Assembly: GCA_965202805.1 (NCBI GenBank)
Contig: OZ241869.1
Span: 3,956,863 to 4,020,862 of the forward strand
Reading direction: 5' to 3'
Origin: Longimicrobiales bacterium
GTDB taxonomy: Bacteria; Gemmatimonadota; Gemmatimonadetes; Longimicrobiales; Gaopeijiaceae
DNA length: 64,000 nt
Shown piece by piece: positions 9,384 through 18,594 of the stretch. The first letter of the stretch is position 1. The number at the start of each line of letters is the position of its first letter. Both the position numbers and the translations under genes were made by a program. The notes below the pieces were generated by a model. That model was not told the origin of the DNA. It worked only from the letters and a program-made list of their open reading frames with translations, and made no database searches.

Positions 9384-10966
9384 GCCGCCCGCCGCAACCG
9401 AAGCCCCGGGCACACCCGGGGCAGAGAGCCGGGGAGCCGCCCGCCGAGGTCGTGCGGCGCGACCTGATCGCGGGGATCAGCGTCGCGCTCATCCTGATCC
9501 CCCAGTCGATGGCGTACGCGGAGCTGGCCGGGCTGCCCGCCCACTACGGACTCTACGCCGCCGCCCTCCCACCCATCGGCGCCGCGCTCTTCGCCTCCTC
9601 CCCGTACCTGCATACCGGTCCGGTCGCCCTGAGCGCGCTGCTCACCTTCGGCGCCCTCATCCCCATGGCCGAGCGCGGCAGCGTCGAGTACGTGGGGCTC
9701 GCCGTGCTGCTGGCCCTGGTGGTGGGGGCGGCGCGGCTCCTCATCGGCCTGCTGCGCGCGGGCGGCGTCGCCTACCTCATGTCCCAGCCGGTCATCCAGG
9801 GCTTCACCTCGGCGGCGGCGCTCCTCATCGTCCTCTCCCAGGTGCCGACCGCCCTCGGCGTGAGCGCGCCGGGGGAGGGGGTGGTGGGCCAGGCGCTCTG
9901 GGCGGTGACCCATCCCGGCCTGTGGGAGCCCGCGAGCATCGGCTTCCTGGCGATGGCCGTGGTCATCATCATGGGCGCGCGCAGGATCAACCCCAGCCTT
10001 CCGGGCGTGCTCTTCGCGACCGCGCTGGCTCTGATCATCTCGTCGACCACCCAGTACGGGGGCTCCGTGCTGGGGGAGATCCCCGTACGCGGCATTCCCG
10101 GCGCGCCGGAGCTTCCCTGGCTGCAACTGCCGTCCCTGCTCATCCCGGGGCTGGTGATCGCGGTGGTGGGCTTCGCCGAGACGACATCCATCAGCCAGAC
10201 GTTTGCGGCGCAGGATCGCACGCCCTGGGATCCGAACCGGGAATTCGTCAGCCAGGGGGTCGCCAACGTCATCTCCGGACTCTCCGGCGGATTCCCCGTC
10301 GAGGGCTCCTTCAGCCGCTCCAGCCTCAACCGCTCGGCCGGCGCGCGCACGCGCTGGAGCGGGGCGGCGAGCGGGGTGGCGGTGCTGCTCTTCCTGCCGT
10401 TCGCCTCGGTGCTGGCGCCGCTTCCGCGGGCGGTGCTGGCCGCCATCGTCATCACCGCGGTGGCGACCCTGGTTCGGGTGGGAGACCTGGTTCGCATCTG
10501 GAGGTTCTCACGCCTGCAGGCGATGGTCGGATGGGCCACCTTCGTCCTGACCCTCCTTCTGGTTCCCCGGATCGAGGAAGCCGTGCTGGTGGGCGTGGTG
10601 CTATCGCTCGCGGTCCATCTCTGGCGCGAACGAAAGATGAGGCTGTCCCTGTGGAATGCGGACGGCGCGCTGCACCTGGCGCCCCGGGGCGTGCTCTGGT
10701 TCGGATCGGCTCCCGTTCTGGAGAAGGCGGTCGCCCGTGCGTTCGTGGAGGTGGGGGACCTGCGTGAACTCGTCTTCCACCTGAACGGAGTGGGCCGCCT
10801 GGACTTTACCGGCGCCCTCCTCATCGAGCGCATCATCCAGCAGGCGCGCGACGCAGGCGTCGAGACACGCTTCGACGGGATCCCGCCGCACGCGGAGAAG
10901 CTCATGCGCCGCGTCTTTGCCTGGACGCCCCCGCAGTCCGGGCCGCTGACGCTCGCGGACGACTGA
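9380..10966 (+). CDS. SulP family anion transporter with STAS domain
   Basis: DLIAGISVALILIPQSMAYAELAGLPAHYGLYAA, GSFSRS and C-terminal STAS (LWFG..., RLDFTG); TTGA overlap with the chaperone gene. Confidence 0.93.
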   Translation: MSRPPQPKPRAHPGQRAGEPPAEVVRRDLIAGISVALILIPQSMAYAELAGLPAHYGLYAAALPPIGAALFASSPYLHTGPVALSALLTFGALIPMAERGSVEYVGLAVLLALVVGAARLLIGLLRAGGVAYLMSQPVIQGFTSAAALLIVLSQVPTALGVSAPGEGVVGQALWAVTHPGLWEPASIGFLAMAVVIIMGARRINPSLPGVLFATALALIISSTTQYGGSVLGEIPVRGIPGAPELPWLQLPSLLIPGLVIAVVGFAETTSISQTFAAQDRTPWDPNREFVSQGVANVISGLSGGFPVEGSFSRSSLNRSAGARTRWSGAASGVAVLLFLPFASVLAPLPRAVLAAIVITAVATLVRVGDLVRIWRFSRLQAMVGWATFVLTLLLVPRIEEAVLVGVVLSLAVHLWRERKMRLSLWNADGALHLAPRGVLWFGSAPVLEKAVARAFVEVGDLRELVFHLNGVGRLDFTGALLIERIIQQARDAGVETRFDGIPPHAEKLMRRVFAWTPPQSGPLTLADD

Positions 10967-11172
10967 CGGACGGCGGATGCGCCGATCCTCCGCCTGCCCT
11001 CCGGATGGATTCCCGCGCGGCAAAACTTCCTCGCCGCCTCGCGCGTAGGGGCGCCATTGCGGACGGGGACCGGACGAATGCGCGGGCTGCGCGTGCCGGG
11101 CACCCGCCCATCCCTTGGGCAGTTGCCGGTCGCTTCGGCAGCCGACGGCATGGAACACCACGGAGGACATCG

Positions 11173-12264
11173 ATGACTGGAACAGCGATGCGCGCGAGGA
11201 GAACGGGGCTCATGTTGGCCGCAGGGGCGGTGCTGGCGGCCGTGGTCGCCCTGTCGGCGATGGAGGGCACGCCGGTGCAGGCGCCGTCCCAGGAATACCG
11301 GATTGCAGGCAGCCATGTCGCTGTGTACAACCTGGCCGGCGCCGTGAACGTCGTCCCGGGAACCGGGAGCGAGGTCGTCGTGAGCATCGAGCCGCGGGGT
11401 GCGGACGCCGAGCAACTGAGCGTCGAATCCGGGGAGATTCGAGGCGCGCAGACACTGCGCGTGCGATATCCCTCCGACCGCATCGTGTACGGGGACATGG
11501 GCGGCAACTCCCGGACCGGAGTCTGGGTCCGGAGCGACGGGACGTTCGGCCACGGCTCGTTCCTGCGCGCAGAGAGGGTGGACATCCGCAGTTCGGGAAG
11601 CGGGCTCGAGGCCTGGGCCGATCTGACCATCGCGGTGCCCCCGGGCCAGCGCTTCTCGCTGTACCTGGGAGCGGGCGCCACGGATGTGCGCGATGTCGAG
11701 GGAGACCTGGTGCTCGATACCCAGTCGGGATCGGTCGAGTCCGCGGGCACCTCCGGGCCGCTGAGCATTGACACCGGGTCGGGATCGGTGCGGGTCGCGG
11801 GCGCGGCCGGGGATCTGGATGTCGATACCGGATCCGGAAGTGTCACTGTGGAGGGAGTGGCTGGTAATCGCGTGCTGGTCGACACCGGCTCCGGCAGGGT
11901 GCAGGTCTCGGACATCCGGTCGGAATCGGTGGAGGTGGACACCGGCTCGGGTCGCATTACCTTGCTGGCCGTGGACGCGCCGGACATCATGGTCGACACC
12001 GGCAGCGGCAGCGTCGAGGTGGATCTGGTAGCCGATGTCGAGCGGCTGGAGGTGGACACCGGCTCGGGTGGCGTGACACTGCGCGTCCCGGGCGACCTCG
12101 GCGCGCGGTTCGAGGCGGACACGGGCAGTGGGGCGATCGACGTGGAGGTTCCCATTGATGAGAGCACGCGGCGGCGCTCCCATGTGCGCGGCACCATCGG
12201 TGACGGCCGGGGCAGCATCCTGGTCGACACCGGTTCGGGATCCATCCGCGTTCTGGGTCGCTGA
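11173..12264 (+). CDS. DUF4097 family beta-strand repeat exported protein
   Basis: GGAGG RBS; signal peptide; 8 DTGSG + 1 DTQSG repeats. Confidence 0.85.
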   Translation: MTGTAMRARRTGLMLAAGAVLAAVVALSAMEGTPVQAPSQEYRIAGSHVAVYNLAGAVNVVPGTGSEVVVSIEPRGADAEQLSVESGEIRGAQTLRVRYPSDRIVYGDMGGNSRTGVWVRSDGTFGHGSFLRAERVDIRSSGSGLEAWADLTIAVPPGQRFSLYLGAGATDVRDVEGDLVLDTQSGSVESAGTSGPLSIDTGSGSVRVAGAAGDLDVDTGSGSVTVEGVAGNRVLVDTGSGRVQVSDIRSESVEVDTGSGRITLLAVDAPDIMVDTGSGSVEVDLVADVERLEVDTGSGGVTLRVPGDLGARFEADTGSGAIDVEVPIDESTRRRSHVRGTIGDGRGSILVDTGSGSIRVLGR

Positions 12265-12275
12265 CACGGAAGTGC

Positions 12276-12313
12276 CATCCCCGGCCCGGAAGGTCGCCGG
12301 GCCGGGGATGTTT
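12276..12313 (+). terminator. Putative intrinsic terminator
   Basis: 14-bp perfect stem CATCCCCGGCCCGG/CCGGGCCGGGGATG followed by a short TTT. Confidence 0.55.
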
Positions 12314-12346
12314 GCGTCCGCGGTCCGTCGGGGTCGCTGACGTCGG

Positions 12347-12769
12347 GTGTTTCGCTTCCAGCACCCGGTCCAGGTCCGATTCCAGGACATCGACGTGGGC
12401 GGCCATGCCCATCACTCCAGGGCGCTCTCCTACTTCGAGGAGGCGCGTGCCGCCTACTGGCAGGAAGTTGCCGGGCGCCGGACGCCGGAGGATGTGGACT
12501 ACATCCTTGCCGAGGCCCGCATCCGATATCACGCGCGCGTGCTGTACCCCGACCGCCTCACCGTGAGCGCTCGCGTTTCCGTTCTCGGCAAGAAGCACTT
12601 CGTCATGGAGTACGAGGTGCGGTCGGGCGAGGGACGGCTGCTGGTGTCGGGAAGCACCGTACAGGTGATGTACGACTATGGCGCCGGCGCGAGTCAGCGG
12701 ATTCCGCCCGACCTCGCGGAACGCATCCGCGCCCATGAGGGCCCGCTCCCCGCGCGGCGGGGATCCTGA
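12347..12769 (+). CDS. Acyl-CoA thioesterase (4HBT/YbgC-FadM hotdog family)
   Basis: VRFQDIDVGGHAHHSRALSYFEEAR motif. Confidence 0.88.
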   Translation: MFRFQHPVQVRFQDIDVGGHAHHSRALSYFEEARAAYWQEVAGRRTPEDVDYILAEARIRYHARVLYPDRLTVSARVSVLGKKHFVMEYEVRSGEGRLLVSGSTVQVMYDYGAGASQRIPPDLAERIRAHEGPLPARRGS

Positions 12770-12884
12770 CGCGCCCGCCCGGGTTACAGGAAAAACCGGA
12801 CGCCGCGCCTGTGGCGCTCCATGGCCAACCCGGTTCGCTCTTGACGCATTGCGTGTCACCGCCCCCATTGTATTCCGGGGTCGG

Positions 12885-12912
12885 TTGACCGTTTCCCGCG
12901 CGTGGGTATAGT
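12885..12912 (+). promoter_or_regulatory. Sigma70-like promoter of the TPR gene
   Basis: TTGACC-N16-TATAGT 40 bp upstream of ATG 12953. Confidence 0.55.
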
Positions 12913-12952
12913 TTGCATAGCTTTCCCGGTAACCTTGGCGGAGTTAGGAGCG

Positions 12953-14689
12953 ATGTTCTTCAGGTTGGCATTCCCCCGGCTGGGAGTCGCGTTGCTTGTG
13001 GCGTTCCTGTTCCTGCCGGCGCTCGCGTCGGCGCAACAGGAGGTGCAGGGACGCTTCAGGGTCATGATCCCCGACCTCTTCCCGGGGGAGGACACCGGCC
13101 GGGGTTTCGGAGAGGACGTGGCCGAAGAGCTTCGCGACCTCATCAACCAGCTCCCCACCCACGAGCCGGTCGAGCGCAATGACATCCGCGACGCCATGCG
13201 GCAGTTCGACATCGATCGCGACGACCTGAACTGCATCCGCTCGCGCCAGCTCGCGACCCAGATCAACGCCGAGCTGGTCATGTGCGCGAACTACACCGAG
13301 GGACGGGACGATTGGACTCTCACCGACATTGCATTCGTCAGCGTCGCGTCGGGGGAGACGTTCACGGTAGACGATTTCACCGTTCCGGATGATGACGGCG
13401 ACGAGCTCGCCGCGCAGCACATCTTCGGCGTTTTCGATGGATACATCGAGCAGTTGCGCTATGCGGCCATCTGCCAGGAGTACTTCGGGAGCCAGCAGTG
13501 GGCCAACGCCCTCCAGAACTGCGATCGGGCGATCGAGGGCAACCCCGGTTCCGAAGGCTCGCGCTACGCCCGCGCTCGGGCGGTGATGGAGCTGGGTGAT
13601 CGCCAGGAGGGTCTGGACGAGATGGTGCGGGTGCTCGACCTCAACCCGTTCCACGAGAACGCCCTCCAATTCGCCGGGATGCTCTCCGCCGAATTCGGCA
13701 TGGACGAGGAGTCCCTCCAGTACTACTCCGCCTATCTCGAACTCAACCCGGGGAACGCGGCCGTTCGCATGAATGTGGCGTACGAGCTTGCGACCGCCGG
13801 GAATCCAAGGGGCGCGATGACCCTCATCGAAGCCGGAATCGAGATGGACGACACCAATATCGACCTGTGGCAGCAACTCGGAGGCTTTGCCTTCACCGCT
13901 GCCGGCCAGGCGATGGAGGGCCAGAGCGAGCCGACGCCGGAAGTCGAGCAGCTGTACCGGAGAGCCATCGAAGCGTATACGCGCGTTTTCGACGCTCGTG
14001 GCGCGGAGACCACTCCCGCCCAACTGGGCAACGTCATCAACGCCTACGTGCAGCTCGGCGACCCGGCCGCCATCGACTTCGCGCAGCGCGCGGTGCAGGT
14101 GCATCCCGGGGAGGCCGCGCTCTGGTCGCGGCTGGCCGAAGCCCTACGGCGCAACGATCGCCTCGAGGAGGCGATTGCGGCGCTCGAGAGCGCGAAGCAG
14201 GCCGACCCCGACTTCCCGAACCTGTCGGCGCGGCAGGGCAGCTGGCTCCTGGAGGCCGATGAGGTCGACGAGGCCGTGGGGTTCCTCAGGGAGGCCGTGG
14301 AGCGCGGCGAACAGCCCGCCGACATGATGGCGAACCTGCTCTTCGGCAAGGCCTACAACGATGGCGTTCAGACCACCAACTGGACCTACGCCATCTCGCT
14401 TCTGGAGAGGACAAAAGACGAGTTCGAAGTCTCGGACAACATGAGTTCACAGCTCAACTTCTGGCACGGTTGGTCGCTCTATAACCACGGCCTCGCGCTC
14501 CAGGAGCCCAGCACGATCGACTCCGCGCGCCAGTCGCTCCCGATCTTCCAGCAGGCGCTCCGGCTCTTTGAGCTCGGTCGCGCATACGCCGCTACCGTCG
14601 AGTCGATCAACCTGGCCCAGATCCTGTCCGCGACCCAGACCTACGTCGAGATCCAGGACGCCATCATCCGGCGCGGGGGAGGGGAGTAG
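12953..14689 (+). CDS. Exported tetratricopeptide-repeat protein
   Basis: AGGAG RBS; signal peptide (ASA-QQ); multiple TPR-like helical repeats (LELNPGNA, VHPGEAALW, ADPDFP). Confidence 0.85.
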   Translation: MFFRLAFPRLGVALLVAFLFLPALASAQQEVQGRFRVMIPDLFPGEDTGRGFGEDVAEELRDLINQLPTHEPVERNDIRDAMRQFDIDRDDLNCIRSRQLATQINAELVMCANYTEGRDDWTLTDIAFVSVASGETFTVDDFTVPDDDGDELAAQHIFGVFDGYIEQLRYAAICQEYFGSQQWANALQNCDRAIEGNPGSEGSRYARARAVMELGDRQEGLDEMVRVLDLNPFHENALQFAGMLSAEFGMDEESLQYYSAYLELNPGNAAVRMNVAYELATAGNPRGAMTLIEAGIEMDDTNIDLWQQLGGFAFTAAGQAMEGQSEPTPEVEQLYRRAIEAYTRVFDARGAETTPAQLGNVINAYVQLGDPAAIDFAQRAVQVHPGEAALWSRLAEALRRNDRLEEAIAALESAKQADPDFPNLSARQGSWLLEADEVDEAVGFLREAVERGEQPADMMANLLFGKAYNDGVQTTNWTYAISLLERTKDEFEVSDNMSSQLNFWHGWSLYNHGLALQEPSTIDSARQSLPIFQQALRLFELGRAYAATVESINLAQILSATQTYVEIQDAIIRRGGGE

Positions 14690-14714
14690 CGCCAGTCCTC
14701 CCCGCTCGTCAGCC

Positions 14715-14749
14715 AAAGCGCCGCGGATTCGTCCGCGGCGCTTTTTTTT
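14715..14749 (+). terminator. Rho-independent terminator
   Basis: AAAGCGCCGCGGA-TTCG-TCCGCGGCGCTTT stem-loop with T8 tract. Confidence 0.9.
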
Positions 14750-14894
14750 GCCCTGAATTCAGGGCGAGATCTCCCTGCGCGCGGGACGGATCGCTCCTGA
14801 TGAGCTTCGAAGCGCCCTCCACAGCCGCTTCCGCCGCTGTCCGAATTCGTCCGCATCCTGCCCTTGCGCGTTCCCCACCGCCCTCGATAGGTTT

Positions 14895-14939
14895 CCCAAC
14901 AATCTCCACAATACCCCCCGTTTACCCACAGATTACCAC
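14895..14939. promoter_or_regulatory. MraZ-binding repeat array (5 boxes, 10-bp period, GTGG-type on minus strand)
   Basis: CCCAA/TCCAC/CCCCC/CCCAC/ACCAC at 14895, 14905, 14915, 14925 and 14935, directly upstream of mraZ. Confidence 0.7.
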
Positions 14940-14941
14940 CG

Positions 14942-15376
14942 ATGAGCGGCTTTCTGGGGCGCTACGAGAAACGTCTCGACGACAAGGGTCGTCTGAGCCT
15001 GCCGGTGCCATTCAGGCGCGCGGCGGCGGACGGACCCCTCGTGCTGCTCCAGTACGAGGCTGCCGCGTTGAGCCTCTTGCCCGAGGCTGCGTGGACGAAG
15101 ATTGAGGAGCGCCTCAAGGACTATCGAAAGTCGGATCATCCCGGCGCGGAGGAGTACGTGCGCGACCTGACTTCGAACTCGACCTGGGTCACGCCTGACA
15201 AGCTGGGCCGTATTCGGATTCCACGATGGCTGCAGAAGGCGGTTTCTCTGAATGACGATGTGCTCGTGGTGGGCTATCTGGACCGGATCGAGGTCTGGAA
15301 CCCCGAACTCTTCGAAGCGCATGTCGCGAAGACGGTGGCCGACGCGTCCGCGTTCAAGCGCAAGATCTTCGGATGA
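14942..15376 (+). CDS. mraZ: Transcriptional regulator MraZ
   Basis: Two DxxGR motifs (LDDKGRL, PDKLGRI) and DRIEVW; first gene of the dcw cluster. Confidence 0.95.
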   Translation: MSGFLGRYEKRLDDKGRLSLPVPFRRAAADGPLVLLQYEAAALSLLPEAAWTKIEERLKDYRKSDHPGAEEYVRDLTSNSTWVTPDKLGRIRIPRWLQKAVSLNDDVLVVGYLDRIEVWNPELFEAHVAKTVADASAFKRKIFG

Positions 15377-15383
15377 GCGGCGC

Positions 15384-16343
15384 GTGCGAAGGCGAGCGGA
15401 CGATGATGCCGGCGGGCCGGGCTATCACACGCCGGTGCTGGTGCGGGAAGTGCTCGCGCTTCTCGAGCCCGGGCGCGGCGGGCTGTTCGTGGACGGAACG
15501 GTGGGGGGCGGAGGCCACGCGCGCGCGCTGCTGGAGCGGGCTCCCGGGCTCCACCTGGTCGCGGTGGACCGCGATCCGGGCGCGCTCGCGCACGCCGAGC
15601 GGACGCTCGCGTCCTTCGGTGACCGGGTACGCTTCCTTCTCTCCGACTTCCGCAACGCCGCGCGCGCCCCTGAACTGGAGGAGGGCGCCGTGAGCGGGGT
15701 GCTGCTCGATCTGGGCGTGAGTTCACGCCAACTGGATCACGACCGGCGCGGGTTCGCCTTCCGCCGCGGAGTGCCGCTGGACATGCGCATGGCCGGAGGC
15801 GCCGCGCGCGCCCCGAGCGCGGCCGACGTGCTCAACACCAGCGACGAAGGGCGCCTGGCGCGCGTCTTCCGTGAGCTGGGCGAACACCGCGGCGCGCGCA
15901 GGCTCGCCCGCGAGATCGTCCGCCGCCGGAAGACACGGCCGTTCGCCGTAAGCGACGACCTGGTGGGTGCGCTGCGCGCCACGATGCGACGGTCGCCGGC
16001 ACCCCGGGACAAGGCGCGCATCTTCCAGGCGCTGCGCATGGAGGTGAACGACGAGCTGGGGGCGCTGCGGGAAGGCCTCGAAACCCTGCGCCGCACCCTG
16101 GCCGCGGGCGGGAGGATGGCGGTGATCTCCTATCACTCGATCGAGGATCGCGAAGTCAAGCACCGGTTCCGGGAGTGGAGCCTCGACTGCACCTGTCCCC
16201 CTGCGCTGCCCGTATGCGGCTGCTCCGGCCGGGCCGCGGGAGAGACGCTGGTACGCCGTCCGGTGCGTCCCGCCCCCGAGGAGACCGCGGCGAATCCGCG
16301 TGCCCGCAGTGCGCGCCTGCGCGCGTGGAGGAAGGCATCGTGA
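15384..16343 (+). CDS. rsmH: 16S rRNA m4C1402 methyltransferase RsmH (start uncertain)
   Basis: YHTPVL, DGTVGGGGH, DLGVSS, PLDMRM, FQALR, ISYHSIEDR and NPRARSARLR motifs. Confidence 0.95.
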   Translation: MRRRADDDAGGPGYHTPVLVREVLALLEPGRGGLFVDGTVGGGGHARALLERAPGLHLVAVDRDPGALAHAERTLASFGDRVRFLLSDFRNAARAPELEEGAVSGVLLDLGVSSRQLDHDRRGFAFRRGVPLDMRMAGGAARAPSAADVLNTSDEGRLARVFRELGEHRGARRLAREIVRRRKTRPFAVSDDLVGALRATMRRSPAPRDKARIFQALRMEVNDELGALREGLETLRRTLAAGGRMAVISYHSIEDREVKHRFREWSLDCTCPPALPVCGCSGRAAGETLVRRPVRPAPEETAANPRARSARLRAWRKAS

Positions 16344-16624
16344 GAAGGATGAGCGACTCGAAGCGGGTGGCGATCGCGGTAGGGGCCCTGCTGGCCTCTC
16401 TCAGCGTGGTCACGTGGCGTCAGATGCGGGCCCTGGAGGTGCTGGAGGAACTGCACGACCTGGGTCAGGAGATCGAGGTCGTGTCGGCGGTCCGCAAGGA
16501 TCTGCTCGGGGAGATCCAGTATCTGGAAAGCCGGGGCCGCGTGGTCCCGGAGGCCCGCGAGCGCCTGGGCATGCACAATCCGGCCGCCGATGAAATCGTC
16601 TACCTGTCGGGAGTGAACCCATGA
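16340..16624 (+). CDS. ftsL: Cell division protein FtsL
   Basis: Single TM helix, coiled coil and ARERLGM; between rsmH and ftsI; GGAGG upstream of GTG 16340. Confidence 0.8.
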   Translation: MRRMSDSKRVAIAVGALLASLSVVTWRQMRALEVLEELHDLGQEIEVVSAVRKDLLGEIQYLESRGRVVPEARERLGMHNPAADEIVYLSGVNP

Positions 16625-18594
16625 GGCTTCCGCGAAGATTGCACTGGCCCCGCCGGCTGATCCTCATCACCTGGCTGGTATCGGCGGGAGCCGTCGTCGG
16701 GCGGGCGGCCATGCTGCAGGTGGAGAACGCCGAATGGCGGCAGCGGTCCGCCGAACAGCACCGGATGTCACGCCCGGTTCCTTCGATCCGCGGTTCCATC
16801 CTGGACCGGGACGGCGTGCTGCTGGCCCAGAGCCGCGAGGTGGTGGAAGTGGGTCTGGCGCCGCGCGAGCTCAGGCGTGACGAGAACGGCTTCGCGGCCG
16901 AGGCGGCGGCCGCGCTCCAGTCCGTCCTGGGCCTGTCGCCCTCCGAGGCACGGCGGCGCACGAGTTCCGATGACGCATGGGTCGTCATTCCGGGCCGCTA
17001 TCCGACCACCGTGCGCGCCGGACTGGAGGACATCCGTGGCGTGTACGCGGGACGCGGGTACGAGCGCTTTCGGCCGCACGGAGACCTGGTGGCGGGCGTG
17101 CTGGGCACCATCCTGGAGGAGAGGGGCGCGGGGGGCATAGAGGAGACCTACGACCAGGTCCTTACCGGCCGGCCCGGTGAGGAGATGACGCTTCGGGACG
17201 CGCGTGGCATCGAGCTCCCGGGTCGCGCATTCCCGGTGAAGCCGCCCGTGCCCGGCGGGAACGTTTCGCTCACCATCGACGTGGATCTGCAGGAAATCGC
17301 ACGCGAGGAGCTCCAGGAGGCCATCGAGACGACGGGGTCCAAGGGCGGGGACATCCTGGTCACGGATCCGGCCAGCGGCGAGATCCTGGCGGTGGTCTCG
17401 ATCCGGGACGGCGACGCGGCCGGTCTCGCGGCGATCAACACCGCCAACGAACCCGGGTCGACGCTCAAGCCATTCACGGTCGCGGGGATTCTCTCCAACG
17501 AAGTGGGAACGCTGGCGGACCTCGTCGACATCGGCAACGGCACCTGGCGTGTCGCCGGGCGCACCCTGCACGACGTGTATCCCAAGGCCAGCATACTGAC
17601 GCTGGCGGACGCGCTGCGGGTATCGTCCAACGTGGGGGTCGCCAAGATGGCCGAACGGCTGTCCAGCCGCCAGCAGTACGAGATGCTGCGCGACTTCGGC
17701 TTCGGCATGCCCACCGGGCTGCCGATCCCCGGCGAAACTTCGGGCATCCTGCGCAAGCCGGAGGACTGGTCCGGGCAGTCGCCCGCCTCCCTGGCCATCG
17801 GCTACGAAATCTCCGTGAGCCCGCTGCAGCTCGCGATGGCATATGGCGCGCTGGCCAACGGCGGCCGCCTGATGGCGCCCAGGCTGGTCCGGGAAGTACG
17901 AGCCGTGGACGGATCGCTGATCGAGCGGCCCGAACCGCGGCTGATTCGGCAGGTGATCGATGGCCGGGTGGCGCGCGACGTCAGCCGGGTGCTGGTCGAG
18001 GTTACGGAATCGGGCACCGGAACGCGTGCACGCCTGACTTCCTTCGCGGTGGCCGGCAAGAGCGGCACCAGTCGCGCCTATCGTGCGGATGGCGGCTACG
18101 CCGATGGAGAGTACTTCGCCACCTTCGTCGGCTTCTTTCCGGCGGAGGATCCGCAACTGCTGGCGTATGTGAAGCTGAACGGCCCCGAGGGCGTCTACTA
18201 CGGCGGGGCGGCGGCCGCTCCGGTCATCCGTGCCACCATGGAGGCCATCCTGGCCGCCCAGCAGCCGCCCGTGGACCGGCGGGTGCTCGCCCACGCCGCG
18301 CGCCGCCCCGCTCCCCAGAACCCCGTGATCCGCTTCGCGGGCGCGGAGCCCCCGGGCTCCGGGGCCGAACCTGCACGCTGGGCGAGCGGGGAGGGGACCG
18401 AGGTTGTGGTGCCGGACGTCAGTGGCCTGTCGGCCCGCTCCGCCGTGCGCCGGCTGCACACCGCGGGCCTGCGCGTGGTCTGGGACGCGCCCGGGCCCGT
18501 GCTCGGCACATGGCCAACCGCGGGCACGTTGCTCATGCAGGGGGACACAGTGTCCATCGATGTCGGGAGAATCGAACGTGGACAGAGCCGATAG
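16621..18594 (+). CDS. ftsI: Class B PBP FtsI/PBP3 with C-terminal PASTA
   Basis: RGSILDRDG, SxxK (GSTLK), SxN (SSN), KSG and PASTA-like VPDVSGLS. Confidence 0.93.
   Translation: MRLPRRLHWPRRLILITWLVSAGAVVGRAAMLQVENAEWRQRSAEQHRMSRPVPSIRGSILDRDGVLLAQSREVVEVGLAPRELRRDENGFAAEAAAALQSVLGLSPSEARRRTSSDDAWVVIPGRYPTTVRAGLEDIRGVYAGRGYERFRPHGDLVAGVLGTILEERGAGGIEETYDQVLTGRPGEEMTLRDARGIELPGRAFPVKPPVPGGNVSLTIDVDLQEIAREELQEAIETTGSKGGDILVTDPASGEILAVVSIRDGDAAGLAAINTANEPGSTLKPFTVAGILSNEVGTLADLVDIGNGTWRVAGRTLHDVYPKASILTLADALRVSSNVGVAKMAERLSSRQQYEMLRDFGFGMPTGLPIPGETSGILRKPEDWSGQSPASLAIGYEISVSPLQLAMAYGALANGGRLMAPRLVREVRAVDGSLIERPEPRLIRQVIDGRVARDVSRVLVEVTESGTGTRARLTSFAVAGKSGTSRAYRADGGYADGEYFATFVGFFPAEDPQLLAYVKLNGPEGVYYGGAAAAPVIRATMEAILAAQQPPVDRRVLAHAARRPAPQNPVIRFAGAEPPGSGAEPARWASGEGTEVVVPDVSGLSARSAVRRLHTAGLRVVWDAPGPVLGTWPTAGTLLMQGDTVSIDVGRIERGQSR

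Noticed and set aside
3477..9413. 1978-aa minus-strand ORF and other very long antisense ORFs (e.g. 19645-23082, 45449-48934, 55232-58723)
   Set aside because: Shadow frames of well-supported genes, caused by high GC3 codon bias; no recognisable motifs.
11715..12245. Recurring GACACCGG(C/T)TC DNA repeats
   Set aside because: Explained by DTGSG protein repeats of the DUF4097 family.
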